A stretch of DNA of 64,000 nucleotides from Azolla caroliniana (Eukaryota > Plantae > Polypodiophyta): NCBI GenBank assembly GCA_043228905.1, contig JBHGNT010000003.1, forward strand, positions 8,804,001 to 8,868,000, read 5' to 3'. Below, piece by piece: positions 15,250-27,516 of the stretch; within the stretch, counting starts at the first letter, position 1, and every line of letters begins with the position of its first letter. The position numbers and the translations under genes were made by a program. The notes under the pieces are model-generated. The model did not search any database, was not told the DNA's origin, and saw only the letters and a program-made list of their open reading frames with translations.

Positions 15250-16560
15250 GAGAAACCCTGATCTGCTTTTCATTCCCTGAGAAACCCTAATGCGTACTTC
15301 CTTTTCTCTGCGAATTTCAAAGCTTTCTACGTGTTTTCTTTCTCTGTGAATCTTTATCAGCTTTCTTCCATTGGATATAAACAAAACTGGTGCTTTTTTT
15401 TTTTACCTGAGCAACATAATCTGCGCTCTTTCTCTAATGAACCCTAATCTTCTCTCATATTTCAGAAAAAACCTAAACGTTACTGCCTTCTGCGTCTGAG
15501 GAACCTTAATCTTCGGTCTTCATCTGAGAGAGTATCATTTGTCTTCCTTCTCTGCGAAGCTCAAACCGGTGCTTTCTTTGCCTGAGAATCCCTAATCTGT
15601 TGTATTTACCTGAGAAAACCTGATTTGCTTTCCTTCTCTGAGAAATGCTAATCCGTGTTATCCTTCTCTGGCAAATCCCTAATCTTAATCGACGTTCTTT
15701 ATCCGTTTTACCTTTCTTCTACTGCAAATTGCGCCCCTTTCAAGCTAAAGCACAAACGAAATGCACTGCCTTTTGACATTTGTTTTTTCTCTGACAAAAA
15801 GCTAATTTTGATCCTTGAAGAAGAAACTTATAAGAAGTAACGAAGAGTGCATCATCTCTTTTCTCTGAGAAACCCTAATTTACAACTTCCTTTCCTTCCC
15901 AATACACCGGATTGGCACCTGCTTTTCTCCGAGGCCCTAACTTTGCATCTCTTTGTCTCTCCTTCCTCCGACAAACCCTAATTTTGGACCATCTTTTCCA
16001 TCTGGAAAACCCAACTCTGGACCTGTTTTTGTGTCTGCAATGCCCCACCCCAGACTTCGCACCTGCTTTACTACGCTGAACCCTAATCACAAAACCTGCT
16101 GGACACTACAAAAAAACCCTAATTGGCGATGGCCAAGCATCTCGAACGAGGTTAACGGTAGACAGCTTTTCCGTGTCTCAGGTAAAATAAATATAAATAA
16201 ATAAAAACCCTAATTTCACTGCACTCCATCGCTGTCTTGCTACACAAAGCCAATCTTGCACTGTCTGTCCCCATAGAATGAACCATACGTACCATACGTT
16301 CATTCGCCTTAGAGAATGTTTCAAACATTCGAGTATGGTAAACACCATACTTTTGTATTCATTATTTATTATAAGGTAAAAATTTTATTTTAAGGTAAGA
16401 AAGTAATATAGGTAAAAAGTGTGAAAAAAAAACATAAGCATGTTTTGATAATATACGCATTCGTATGAAAAAAGAATGTTTGCCAATGCATTCGAGTATA
16501 TTACACAAGAAGGCGTGCGCTGGTGGGGCCCGATGGGCCGGACTAGACGATACGGGGGCC
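15250..16560 (-). promoter_or_regulatory. Putative promoter / 5'-UTR-intron region with telo-box cluster and site-II-like motifs
   Basis: Five perfect AAACCCTAA (~15282, 15870, 15974, 16113, 16205) plus variants. GGGCCC/TGGGCC/GGGCC motifs at ~16525-16560. An AG acceptor lies directly before the ATG (14389-14390), suggesting a 5'-UTR intron. Confidence 0.5.
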
Positions 16561-19500
16561 GGGTCAGTCCGGACGGCTAGACGGCCAAGTGTCTGATCAC
16601 TTTGAACCCACACGAAACTTGAGATATGGCCGACACCTTTCTACATGGCACCCGACTCGGGCCAACCAAATGTCACACCCTGTCCTACCTCCTCAGTATG
16701 ATATGGCCGGAGATTTCGCATTCTCCTACCCGTTTACCCTCCTAACGTGTCTACTCGCCCATCTAACCAGCTCCTGGACCCTCAAAATAATGTTTCGCTT
16801 CGCTCGTGCACGATTTTGCAGACACTGGCTTCTTGGTCGACGTTACGTGTCACTTGACTTTATTTGATGATATGATTTGATACTCACGTTTTCTCATTAT
16901 GTGGGCAATTATGTTTGCGGCACGGCTCGAGGAGGACCCTCCCGTTTTATGTTTCGCTTCGCTCGTGCAAGATTGTCAACACTAGCTTTTGGCCATCAAT
17001 GATGAGATCGATCGAGACTCTGTTTCTCTTATTAGGCTAGCGTGACATGGTCGATGATGATATGGCGAATCTTTGATTGTCCTCCATGACAAAGCATATT
17101 GTCCTATGCAGCACACATAATGTAGTGAATATTTCGTCATTACCAGGTCTGTCGTCCCTACATGGTACCCGATGATGTTGTGTGCCTGACACAACTAGTC
17201 ATCACACGACAAATATTTGGTTGTCCTATGTAGTATTTGACATTGGGCGGGGGGTGGATGTCGCTCAACAATTCCTACTACTATCTCATACAACTATTTC
17301 GTTTGAACTCGACGTTTGTTGGCGTAAAAGGCTTTTGTAAACGTGATTTGCAACAAGCACCTATCTACTTTACTCGCATTTAATCCGGGCTACGTGTTTC
17401 TCTTATCATTTTCTGCTAAAAAACAATCCATGTGTAAAGTGGTTGCACTTTTAAGGCGTCTTTTGGTGCTCATCTCAAGGACTTGCATCACCATTTGAGG
17501 AATATTTTGCTAGGGGCCAGGTTGCATGTCTACAACATCCAATTTGATGTTGCCTCACTGTAAAGTAAATCAATGAAATTGAATCGTTTTTTGGAGCATG
17601 TTTCAGACATATTAAAAACGAGTAGCATAACCTCTTGTATCTTTCTTTAATCATTTTGAACTTTTACATAAATAACTCATCAAAATGTCCCCACTACAAA
17701 AGTAAGAGTTTAAATATGAACATTTAACATACCTCTTAATATTTTACAATTGGGTTATTGAATCGAGTTAACAATTGTTAAATAGAATTAATAAATCTAT
17801 TGCTCATCCACCTAATCATTTGTGTGCTTAATTTGGATCAAATCAATAATGCTCCACAATGCCATATTTAACATTGTGGCTCCATAATTAATGCATCTAT
17901 TCATACCTATGAACCAAGCATTCCCTCTAGAGGCTCCTGATGGGGGGGGGCATATCCTCTTTTGGCATTGTAACTTAGATTCTTCCCCATTTGTAGGTTA
18001 GCAAGGCCCCCTTACATGACTTAGCTTTTTTTTAGCACAATGTAGAAAGAGTTCTTCTCTTACACAATTTTGGTTTTGGTTCGAATTGTGCATCATATTC
18101 ATCAAAACCCTATGTTTTATGTCTTCTTCTAATTTCCCTAGCTTCGCATGTAATTTTCTTGCTTCTATCCACTTTTCTTTCATTTAAGAATATTCACATT
18201 TGACCTTGCAATGGTGGTTAGCTCAACTATGTTTTATGGTTCTAATCAAAGCTACATGTTACACACATCATCAACCCATGGGCCTTTGGCTCGAGTGATA
18301 TTCTTGGGTAGTTAGTTAATCTAAACCCCTCATATTAGTATTTTATTAGCCTCCATGATAGTAATATAATTAATTACATAATAGTGAACAAAACCCCAAT
18401 GCTTGATCATCTTATTCAAGAACCTTCAATGTATGATCATTGATACAATGCATACTTCTCTTTTGGTTCCTTCATCAAGGAGTCACTTTTATATAGATTG
18501 TCTATTATTGATGTCAAGAAAGGTGGACCATCCCTAACATTCTTTGCTTTCTAATCTTGTATTGAAGGCTCTACTACTCATATGCTATATTTATAGTAGT
18601 TGTTCACAGTGGGAGGATATGAGATTAAAAGCTTCCAATTTATGTAGGCTACAAAGTGGAAGCTTATTAGCTCCTATTTTCCGATACCTAACATTATGGT
18701 GCATCACCATTAATTTGTTTTTATTAAAATTCCTCCACTCAATGAAATTTTAGCTTTGCAAAATACAATAACACTATTATAAATCCATTTTTAACATTGA
18801 CCTTTTATCATGAGTAAACCTTGAAGTGTACAAAAATATACGCATGAAACTCGGACAAATAATTAGTAACGTGAGGGTGTAGTGGTAAAGCTGGTAGTAC
18901 TCAGTGATTGGGAACCTTGTTGATATTGTCCTTTTTCATTTTTGCCAAGATCATGCACAAATGAATTGCTCCTAGAAAAATGGCTTACATCGTGGATGCT
19001 AAAACGTTTTCCACAATGCAAAGAGTGAAAGGTGATGCGAATAAAACAAGGTGGTTGAGTATGCATCAATGAGGCGCATAAATTAATCCATGACCTTGTT
19101 AAACATCATACAAATTGGATATTTCCACAACATGCTTGACAAACACATAAACATCTTAATTCTTATTAATGTCTATTGTTGGTTTACAACTTTATTGCCC
19201 GACCAAGTAGAAGGTCTTTGAAACAATGTGGGTCAAGGCTAAATGGGAAATACAAAACATACTTTCTCGAGTGGGCCATTTCATGATGTTTGAGTAGTGC
19301 ATGATTTTTTGCAAAATAGTGATTTGATGTCCCAGCATGAACCTCCTCGTTTTCTTAGCAACATCCACTACCACTTGTGCTTGTATGTATGTATATCCAA
19401 TTTGATAACATTATACGCAACCTTTGGCATGTTGTGTGTCATCTGAAAGAGCAATCTAATACACAATAATTCATATTCATTCATTATAAATCTATAATAA

Positions 19501-22500
19501 GTTGCACCTAAAATTAAAGGAAATATAAGAAGTTGTGTACACTTGCATGCAAACCTTTGTTCTTATATTACATGAATTAGGGAATTACACAAACAATATA
19601 TGAAATAAATGGGCATGAAACACATTTGATCAACTTTAGTTAACACATGACGTTGCCTTGAATCACTTCATTTCTTTAAAATCTTAATTCAAGATCATGG
19701 GTGAGGGGCCAAGCTTTCCATAAGGTTAATAGTCAACAATGTCATTGGATCCATAGTGATCCATATATAAACGATGAAATGAATGGAATATTTGGGGAAA
19801 ACATTCTTGAGGTACTATTGTTATCCCAACTTAAACAAACTTCCTTACAACATCCCCATTTGATATGCGCTCTTGTCCTTTGACACATATATTCCACTAG
19901 GCTTGGTTCAAACTTGAACAATCCTCGTCTTGGCTCAAAGGCATAAGCATTTTCAACTTAGACATCTTGTGTTGATGATGACAAAATGTCGAGACCTCAC
20001 CTCCAATCTAGCCAACTTAAACCAACCTCACAACTTGACACCATCTTAGAACATCCTCCTCGGGTGGTGTCAAAATTCCTCATGTGCATAGGTGCCATGC
20101 TTGGCTGAAAGACATAACTGCATAAGTAAGTTGTTTACATTGTATCTCACTTTGATATTAGTTGTTAATGCAAACATTTCAAGAATTCATGTCTCCATGC
20201 TCTTGTTATTAATACCCACACCACGCCTTGTTAATCATTATCATTATCTCTAGCCATATAGACCACCTTGATACTTGAAGGTGTTAGAAACCTTGGGTCA
20301 AGCCAACTTGAATCAAGCTCACAACGTGGCATCATCTTACAACAAAGATACCCATTTTTTGACAATGTGAACATGCAATCAAAAAGAGGGAGACAAGAAT
20401 TATGATGGATAAGAATGAAACCATTACCGAGAACCTAAAAAGTGAATGAGAATCTATAGGAATGTTTTTTTTTCATTATCATGTGAAATACCTCATAAAA
20501 TTGAACTTGAGATGATGTTCTTAAAGCGTGAGTAACCTCATTCCTCATAAAAGAACTTAAAAGGGATTTGCCCACTCATGTGGGAATCATTACAAAAAGT
20601 TAATTAATTCGCACAGGCAAATGCTTTAAAAAGTCAGAATCTAAGAATACATTTCCCAACATGAATGCATTTGGCTTGCCAAAAAGAGCCACATAATCAA
20701 TCAAATTAATGATGCCACAAATGGGAGTAAGTGAAATAACACATTGGGCCTATGTTGATGATATCAAATCAATGGGTTCTTATAGTTATCAAATGGAGCC
20801 CCTCAACCTATAGAGTGGGGGTAGTTTTTGAAGGCATGAAGGCTAGCTGTGAATTACGACTGTAGAATGAAAATAATAGAACAACATGTTTCGGTCATAA
20901 AAGGGAAGGAAAACACAAATTCTCCTTTAGCATTTTTCATGTGAGTTATCAATCCTTGTGGAAAGAAGTATAAGAGTGTGCAACTAAAATTGAAACAACA
21001 TATTAATTTTCAAAAGTATAAAATTAACAACATTAACATAAAGTTTGGATAAAGGGCGTGATCCCAATTTGTGTCCTCAAACGACATCTTTTTGTGATTA
21101 TGTACGAAAAGAAACATTATCAATCTATTACTTCTCAACAACTAATGTTGAAGAGTTTTGCACATGGTTTCTTTAATTATTAACCTTCTTATAAACTTTC
21201 TCAACATTGTTCGATAATGATTCTATTTGCACGTTCTATAATTGTCACTTGATTTAGTTGTAATAATATTTTTAACAATATAATTGAAGTCAAAGAAGAT
21301 GTATATTGCAATATCATCGACTCGTTTTTTTGCTAGACTAGTTTTTGAGCATCCAATCTCACCAAAAAAGACAAAAAGAAGAAGAAATGCACAACTACCT
21401 ACCATATCATTGCCACATCATTAGTCTCGAAATCGACTAAAAAACATTGGATTCATTATGTATCCACCAAAAATAATTTTAGACAATGATACAAATAAAC
21501 AACTCTTGAGTCTTGATATTACCTAAATTTATGCTACACCATCCTACGTGCAACATTAAAGAAATAACACACTTTCTTTACTACTTTAAGTGCCAATTTG
21601 CCTTTACACGTATTTTTGTTTCCCCAAACTAATAAATGCTTTGGAAATAATTTGTAATAAGGCCAAAACTATATTAATAAATTAAACCCTTTTCCTTTGC
21701 CAATGCTAAAGTTTTCTACCATATTGTATCATTAAACTAAGGAAAGATCAAGTGGAAAAAGGCTAAACATTTGCACACTTCAAATGTTTTAAATGAAATT
21801 TACCTTTAGTATCCTAATGATTATAGTTGTTTTCTCTATCAAATAATACTTATTTTGAGAGTTTTTGGGAAAATAAAACTTATTTTGAGAAGAAAGCAAT
21901 CCTAAGAGTTCTTAACATTGACTCTTTAAAGTCATAGTAGATAAAGGCATTTCATGTGGTTATCACAAGCTTGAACACAAAGAAAGGGCATTACGATTCT
22001 TCAAGGAATAAAAATGTGAAATAAAGAAAAGTATATGACAATGGCAATCTTGAGTTAAGTCCATAAAACACATAAGCACAAAGAAAAATTAGTCTTGGCT
22101 CAAAGTGAACAATACGACTTTCGATAGGGGCAATGTAAACGAAATTGGTATGCGTCGCACCTTCGATGGTGATAGTATACACACACATCAATGTTAGCTA
22201 GAGGCTAAACTTGCTCTATGAGACAAACCATGATGACAAATATGGCTGAATTTATGTTATCCATATCAAAACAAAAGTAAAAGGTCTACAGTCTTGATGT
22301 TAGTGCATACATCAGAAGGATTTTGGATATGGCTTACAAACATGAAGGTCATCATATGTAAGGTTAGATGTTGGTAAGGTGGAATGGGTGTATGATGAAG
22401 TTCAACAAGTACATATGGGTGTCTTTGTGTAGATTGAAAATAATGAGCAATGATCTCCATGATTTGCTGGTGGTATGGCCCATGTGCCTTATATCCTAGT

Positions 22501-23464
22501 ACTCATAGTTTACATTATTGTCAATATGCCTTTGTTTGTATGGGGACTCCTTTATCATACAACTAGTGAAGGTGTGCAGCTTTGGAAAATATCAATAATG
22601 TAGGATGGTCACTCATGCTATATGCTAATATAAGGCTTGATTCCCTATACATTTGAAGCTCAAGCAAGATTTATCGAAAGTGTCATGGGCCAAACTTTTT
22701 GTCATATGTCAAATGGTACCAGAGGTCACATAGAGTGTGTCATACTTCTCTGTGATGCATCTATAAGCTCGCAACTTATATAATTTATTCCTCACTTTTA
22801 ACAATCAACAACGGTTCGGTTTGGTTCGAAAGTCTCAAACCCAAACCGGTTCAAACCGAACTCTTAAGAAAAAGTTGTAACCTAAACCGAACTTAACCGA
22901 ACCTCAAAACCGTCAAAACCGAAACCATTGAAACCGAACCGTTTACACAAAATTCAAACCTGAACCAAATGGTTCTAGAAGTACTAGAACTGTTAAACCG
23001 TGGTTTCGTGGTTCGGTTTTGGTTTTGGTATGAAACAAATTATTAATGTTTTTTCTCAATGCATTATGAATCATTATGGCATATAACAGTAAATAAAAGG
23101 TTCCATAATAAAGAATGGTACAAAACTTAATTGGAGTTTGGAGACCTAAAATAAACTTCACCAGTTTTTTCACAAAAATTACAAAATGTTAGCAAAGAGG
23201 TATCTCATGGAGGAAATCTTACTATAATAGGAGCCAAAACAATATAACTTACACAAATGTATTTACAAATTTTGCTTTTTCATAATCTCCATTATAGGAG
23301 CTCAATGTAGTATGAACTCTACCTTCTAGATAATTGCAAGCTTTGCTTGTGGGATCATACATCTAGAATAAAAATGAGGCTTCTATAATTTGAATATAGA
23401 TTCAAATATTACAAGATCATTGGATCATTATCTACAGTATTGACATGCTAAGATATATATTTGT

Positions 23465-24345
23465 GTCCTATAGCTCGATATGTACAATCACGAATGTCCT
23501 CATGATCACTCTCTGTTGATATTCGAGCTAGCTCTTTGAAGGTCCTGGCCTTAGTGAAGTCTTCTATGTTAGATTTGGTAAAAATGACCAAATCAATCAA
23601 CAGAATTGATGACCATAATGAATCTCAAAGACAACATTTAAAAGAAATGATACCCTTTTCCTTCATTTAGATCGTCAAACTTATGGACATTGACATGATA
23701 TCATAAACTAGAATAAGCCAAAAAAACAAAATGAGTCTCACCTTGTACAATTTGATGTGATTCACATTTAGGAAAGTTGGCAATTCCATGAGCAACCTGA
23801 GATTGTACATTTGAGTGTCCCGAACATCCCCAAGAGTGTTTTAATGGTAACTTCATGTCTCAATTTCGAGTGCAATTCAACTGCATGATAATATCACTCT
23901 TTTCAATTGCAATTCAACCGTGTGCTGTAATCAAAGAGTGTCAATTGTCTAATGGAATTCCAAACATTGAAAGCTTACTTTTTTTAAGAGTCCGCAACTT
24001 TACCATTCCTACAAAGATTTGATATACTTGCTCCAACCACCATACACCGTGTTTGTTTGTCTACTACATCCTTAGCTATATTAGCTAGTAATTTTGTTGC
24101 TCCATTCTCAACAATTATAATCTGATTCCTCTCTGCATAAAGGGGAAAATAATGAGTAGTCATATTTGTTTTTACTTCTAAGAAACAAGGATTGATTGTA
24201 AAGTAATCGGCCTTCCTAAAGCCGCACATTGATATACTTGCTCCAACCACCATACACCGTGTTTGTTTGTCTACTACATCCTTAGCTATATTAGCTAGTA
24301 ATTTTGTTGCTCCATTCTCAACAATTATAATCTGATTCCTCTCTA
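23465..24345 (-). pseudogene. Captured 3' exons (with introns) of an armadillo-repeat kinesin (ARK-type) gene
   Basis: Three exon-like pieces: ERNQIIIVENGATKLLANIAKDVVDKQTRCMVVGASISNLCRN; LRHEVTIKTLLGM..GHSNVQSQVAHGIANFPKCES; ELARISTESDHEDIRD. These match, in order, the ARK C-terminal ARM repeats (QTLRMVAGAIANLCGN; GHPDVLAQVARGIANFAKCES; ELVRISRDCSREDIR), recalled from family knowledge. Confidence 0.8.
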
Positions 24346-24444
24346 CACAAAGGGGAAAATAATGAGTAGTCATATTTGTTTTTACTTCTAAGAAACAAGG
24401 ATTGATTGTAAATTAATCGGCCTTCCTAAAGCCGCACATTGATA
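24019..24444. repeat. 210-bp tandem duplication
   Basis: gatatacttgctccaaccac starts at 24021 and 24231. The ORF track shows the same peptide repeated at 70-aa spacing. Confidence 0.9.
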
Positions 24445-24651
24445 GCCTCAATCAACTTTTAAAATTCACCTATCTAAAACCTCAATTAAGTTAAACTGTC
24501 AAATAATTAAACAAATAACTAAATACGAAGCATTAAAAACATTAAAATTCATAAAAAATGTAGACTTTAAAAAATACCAAAAAATCCCATGATATTTTAT
24601 AAATATGAATGACAACAATATGAAAGTATAATGTTCGAAATTAAAAAGAAA

Positions 24652-25243
24652 GGAATGGGCTATTTGCTCCCCCCCCCAACATTTTGGTTATTTTGCCCCC
24701 CAAATTTCTGGTACTTCTCAACATTTTGGCTATTTTGCCCCCCAAATTTCTGGTAGTTTTGCTAATCCCCCATTTTGGCTTCACAACATGTGTCCCCAAC
24801 CATCTTCAGCTTCAATTATCAATAGAACCTTCACTGAGAGAGGGGCTCTAATCAATTTTATCAAGGACCATTTCCGTGCTCAAAATATAATTGTTGTGGT
24901 GGATAAGCATAGTGACAATAGAAAAGTCACTTTCAAGTGCTACTATGGGGGAAAATATCGCAACCCTCTAGGCTTGACTGACGATACTCACAAAAGACAA
25001 ACAGGGACTCATCCGCCGTTGCTTCCCTACCCACACCTCCTCCTCCTCCTCCAGTGGCAGCACCCAACAACCACCACCAACCCTCCCCATCGCCTAAGAC
25101 ATCATGTAAAAGAAAAAGGAATCCAGAGTATTGATTGGAAACTTGAGGAAGAAGAAGAAGAAGAAGAAGAAAGAGAAAGAAGGAAGAGTAACTACGCCTT
25201 TTTTTTGGGGGGGGGGGGGGGGGGGGGGCAAATAGCCCATTCC
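24652..25243 (+). mobile_element. Non-autonomous Mutator-like (MULE) deletion derivative nested in the hAT
   Basis: TIRs GGAATGGGCTATTTGC(T)C(n) / G(n)CAAATAGCCCATTCC. 8-bp flanking duplication AAAAGAAA. Internal peptide KVTFKCYYGGKYRNP...KRQTGT resembles the FAR1/WRKY-GCM1 N-terminus of MULE transposases. Confidence 0.75.
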
Positions 25244-25289
25244 AAAAGAAATATATGGGCAATTAAGCACATGTTCTAATTTGACTCAA

Positions 25290-27516
25290 CATATAGTCCA
25301 CTACATCATCCTCCATAGCAATATCTTCCACATCTATATCCAACTTATTATACACTTCACCAAAGTCTTCAGGTAATGAAACATTTGCCTTATTAAGGAC
25401 ATCCAACCATGACCTAATGCACATTTCAGCCTTGAAAGTGTAGACGAATTCTATCTTGAAAGTTATATTTTGCTTCAGAATTAGCCTCCTCTGAAGGCAC
25501 TGATGATGCTGGTATTGCTAAATAGTCACGCGTCATCTTGTACATTCGAGGTAAAGCAAACCTGGTTTAGATGTAAACAAACATTTTGAAATTGGTTTTG
25601 CACAAAATTGATGAAAAATGTTAAATTTATTATTGAGAAATGTGAAGCAAACCTGTTGTTGAACCACCATTGAAGTGGATCAATATATGTTTATGCTCGA
25701 GGAAATCTCATAAACTGGTCCATTTCTAATTGTGAAGATGTCATTGATTCTTGAGAAGGCTTATTGACACCTAAGATTTCCCAAAGATCTTCACGTTTTG
25801 TAAGATTTCTTTCACGTGTTTCATAAATAGAGTTTGGAACATAAACTACATAATTTTTTTTCCAATACTTTGTGAACCAAATCAATATCCAAATTCCTCT
25901 CAATTGTGTTATTGGATATTGGAACTCTGAAAACATATATGAAGATGAAACACATTACGTAATATGTATGAAAAAAAATATAGCAATCAATTTATTATGT
26001 ATGAAAAAAACTATTACTAGAGTAACATACTGTGGATCAAGAAAGGTCGCAATTCGAGAAGGTATGGACTTCAACGATTCTTGATATCTTATCAAATATT
26101 GTAAACATTTCTCACTAGCTTTTTCTTGCACTTCAAGAGTTGCCTTACTTGAACTAGATTCTATTGATTCCACATCCACTCCCAAATACTTGTTACAATG
26201 TGATAACATGCCATTGAAGGCAAGAGAAGCTATTGAGAGGGTGGGGTACTTTGACCCACTTAAATAGGTACAAATTCTAGTAGGTAGAAGAAGCCATTGC
26301 TCCATTGCTTGTATGTGGTTCCAATCATCTATAGTAAGCATACTATCAATGAAATCCGTAGCAATAATATAGTTGACTATAGTGCAACTTAAAACATCTC
26401 TAAGTTTCAAGGCTTCTTGGTACATTTCTAAGGTGGAATTCCATCTCGTAATGATATCAAGACAAGGTGGCTCCTGCTCTCCATGCTCATACATTGATTT
26501 AGAATACTTTCTAGATATAGCTCTATGAACTTTACTGGAACGTATGGATAGCAAAATATTTCTCAACTTCATAATGGAAGGTGAGATGACCTCTAATGCA
26601 GCCTTAATACCAAGTTGAAATACATGAACCATACATCTCAACATATTTGATGAAGGCAAAATATCATCTCCATGCATATCATGTAACAATGTACCCAACT
26701 CATTTGAGGCCATAATAACATCACTAGCACCATCAGGTGTTATGGATAAGATGTGAGACGAAATAACGAAGGATTTTAAACGCATAAATAAAGCTTGACC
26801 ACAACGCTTACCTATGCCATCACTATGAAATACATGGAAGAAATCAATGAGCATAGACATTGGCTTGGTAGATTCTCTACATACCCAATGTAATGTCATT
26901 GGATAAAATCCTTTCAAACTACTATTTGACCACCCATCAAACGTAATTGCAAAATGTGAATCGAGTGTAGACAAAAAACCTATAACTATTTGATGAATGA
27001 CAACATACATTTACCATATTGATCGTTTTAAAGTACGTGTTGACTTAAGCCCATACCCTGGTAAGACATCATGCATGAATTGTTTAAAACCTAAGGACTC
27101 AACATGGACATGAGGCAACATTTATGTGATTATATATTTTGTTACAGAGCTATCAATTTTCTTCTCTAATGTACGAGTTATTAGAAGCTTAGATTTATCT
27201 AAGGGATGTTGGATCATACACATTGGATTCATATTTGAGGAACTATGTGGCTCAGATGTGCTATTAATGTGATCTTTTTCTAATAAATGTTTTGTTAGAG
27301 TACCCGTGGATGTATTAGTTGACCAAGTACTAGAGCAGTGTGAGCATCAACGGCGGGCCACACCATTATCTATGATATTTATCGGTGTCGGTGGTGTGTC
27401 CATGAAGTTCTTTGTCTCTTTAATTTTCCTTTAGATGTTTTACTTGTAGAAGCTGAGGCCATTGAGTTTGGGGATGATAGAATGTTCATTGAAGGGGCGT
27501 CCACACTTGACTCCAT
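25290..27516 (-). pseudogene. hAT (Ac-like) transposase, frameshifted
   Basis: BED finger CSHCS...TLTKHLLEKDH (~27350-27270). ITFDGWS, TPDGASD, RCMVHVFQL, ITRWNST, ATFLDP (ORF 25955-27010). hATC dimerisation motif RDYLAIPASSVPSE near 25540-25490. Confidence 0.88.

Noticed and set aside
16272-16510. Possible MITE related to 31927-32604 in the promoter
   Set aside because: Partial resemblance only; no matching second TIR or TSD found.
22805-23030. AACCG/GGTTC repeat arrays here and at 29370-29510 as satellite or CRISPR-like
   Set aside because: Irregular short motifs next to TIRs are standard hAT subterminal transposase-binding repeats. There are no spacers or cas genes, and the context is eukaryotic.
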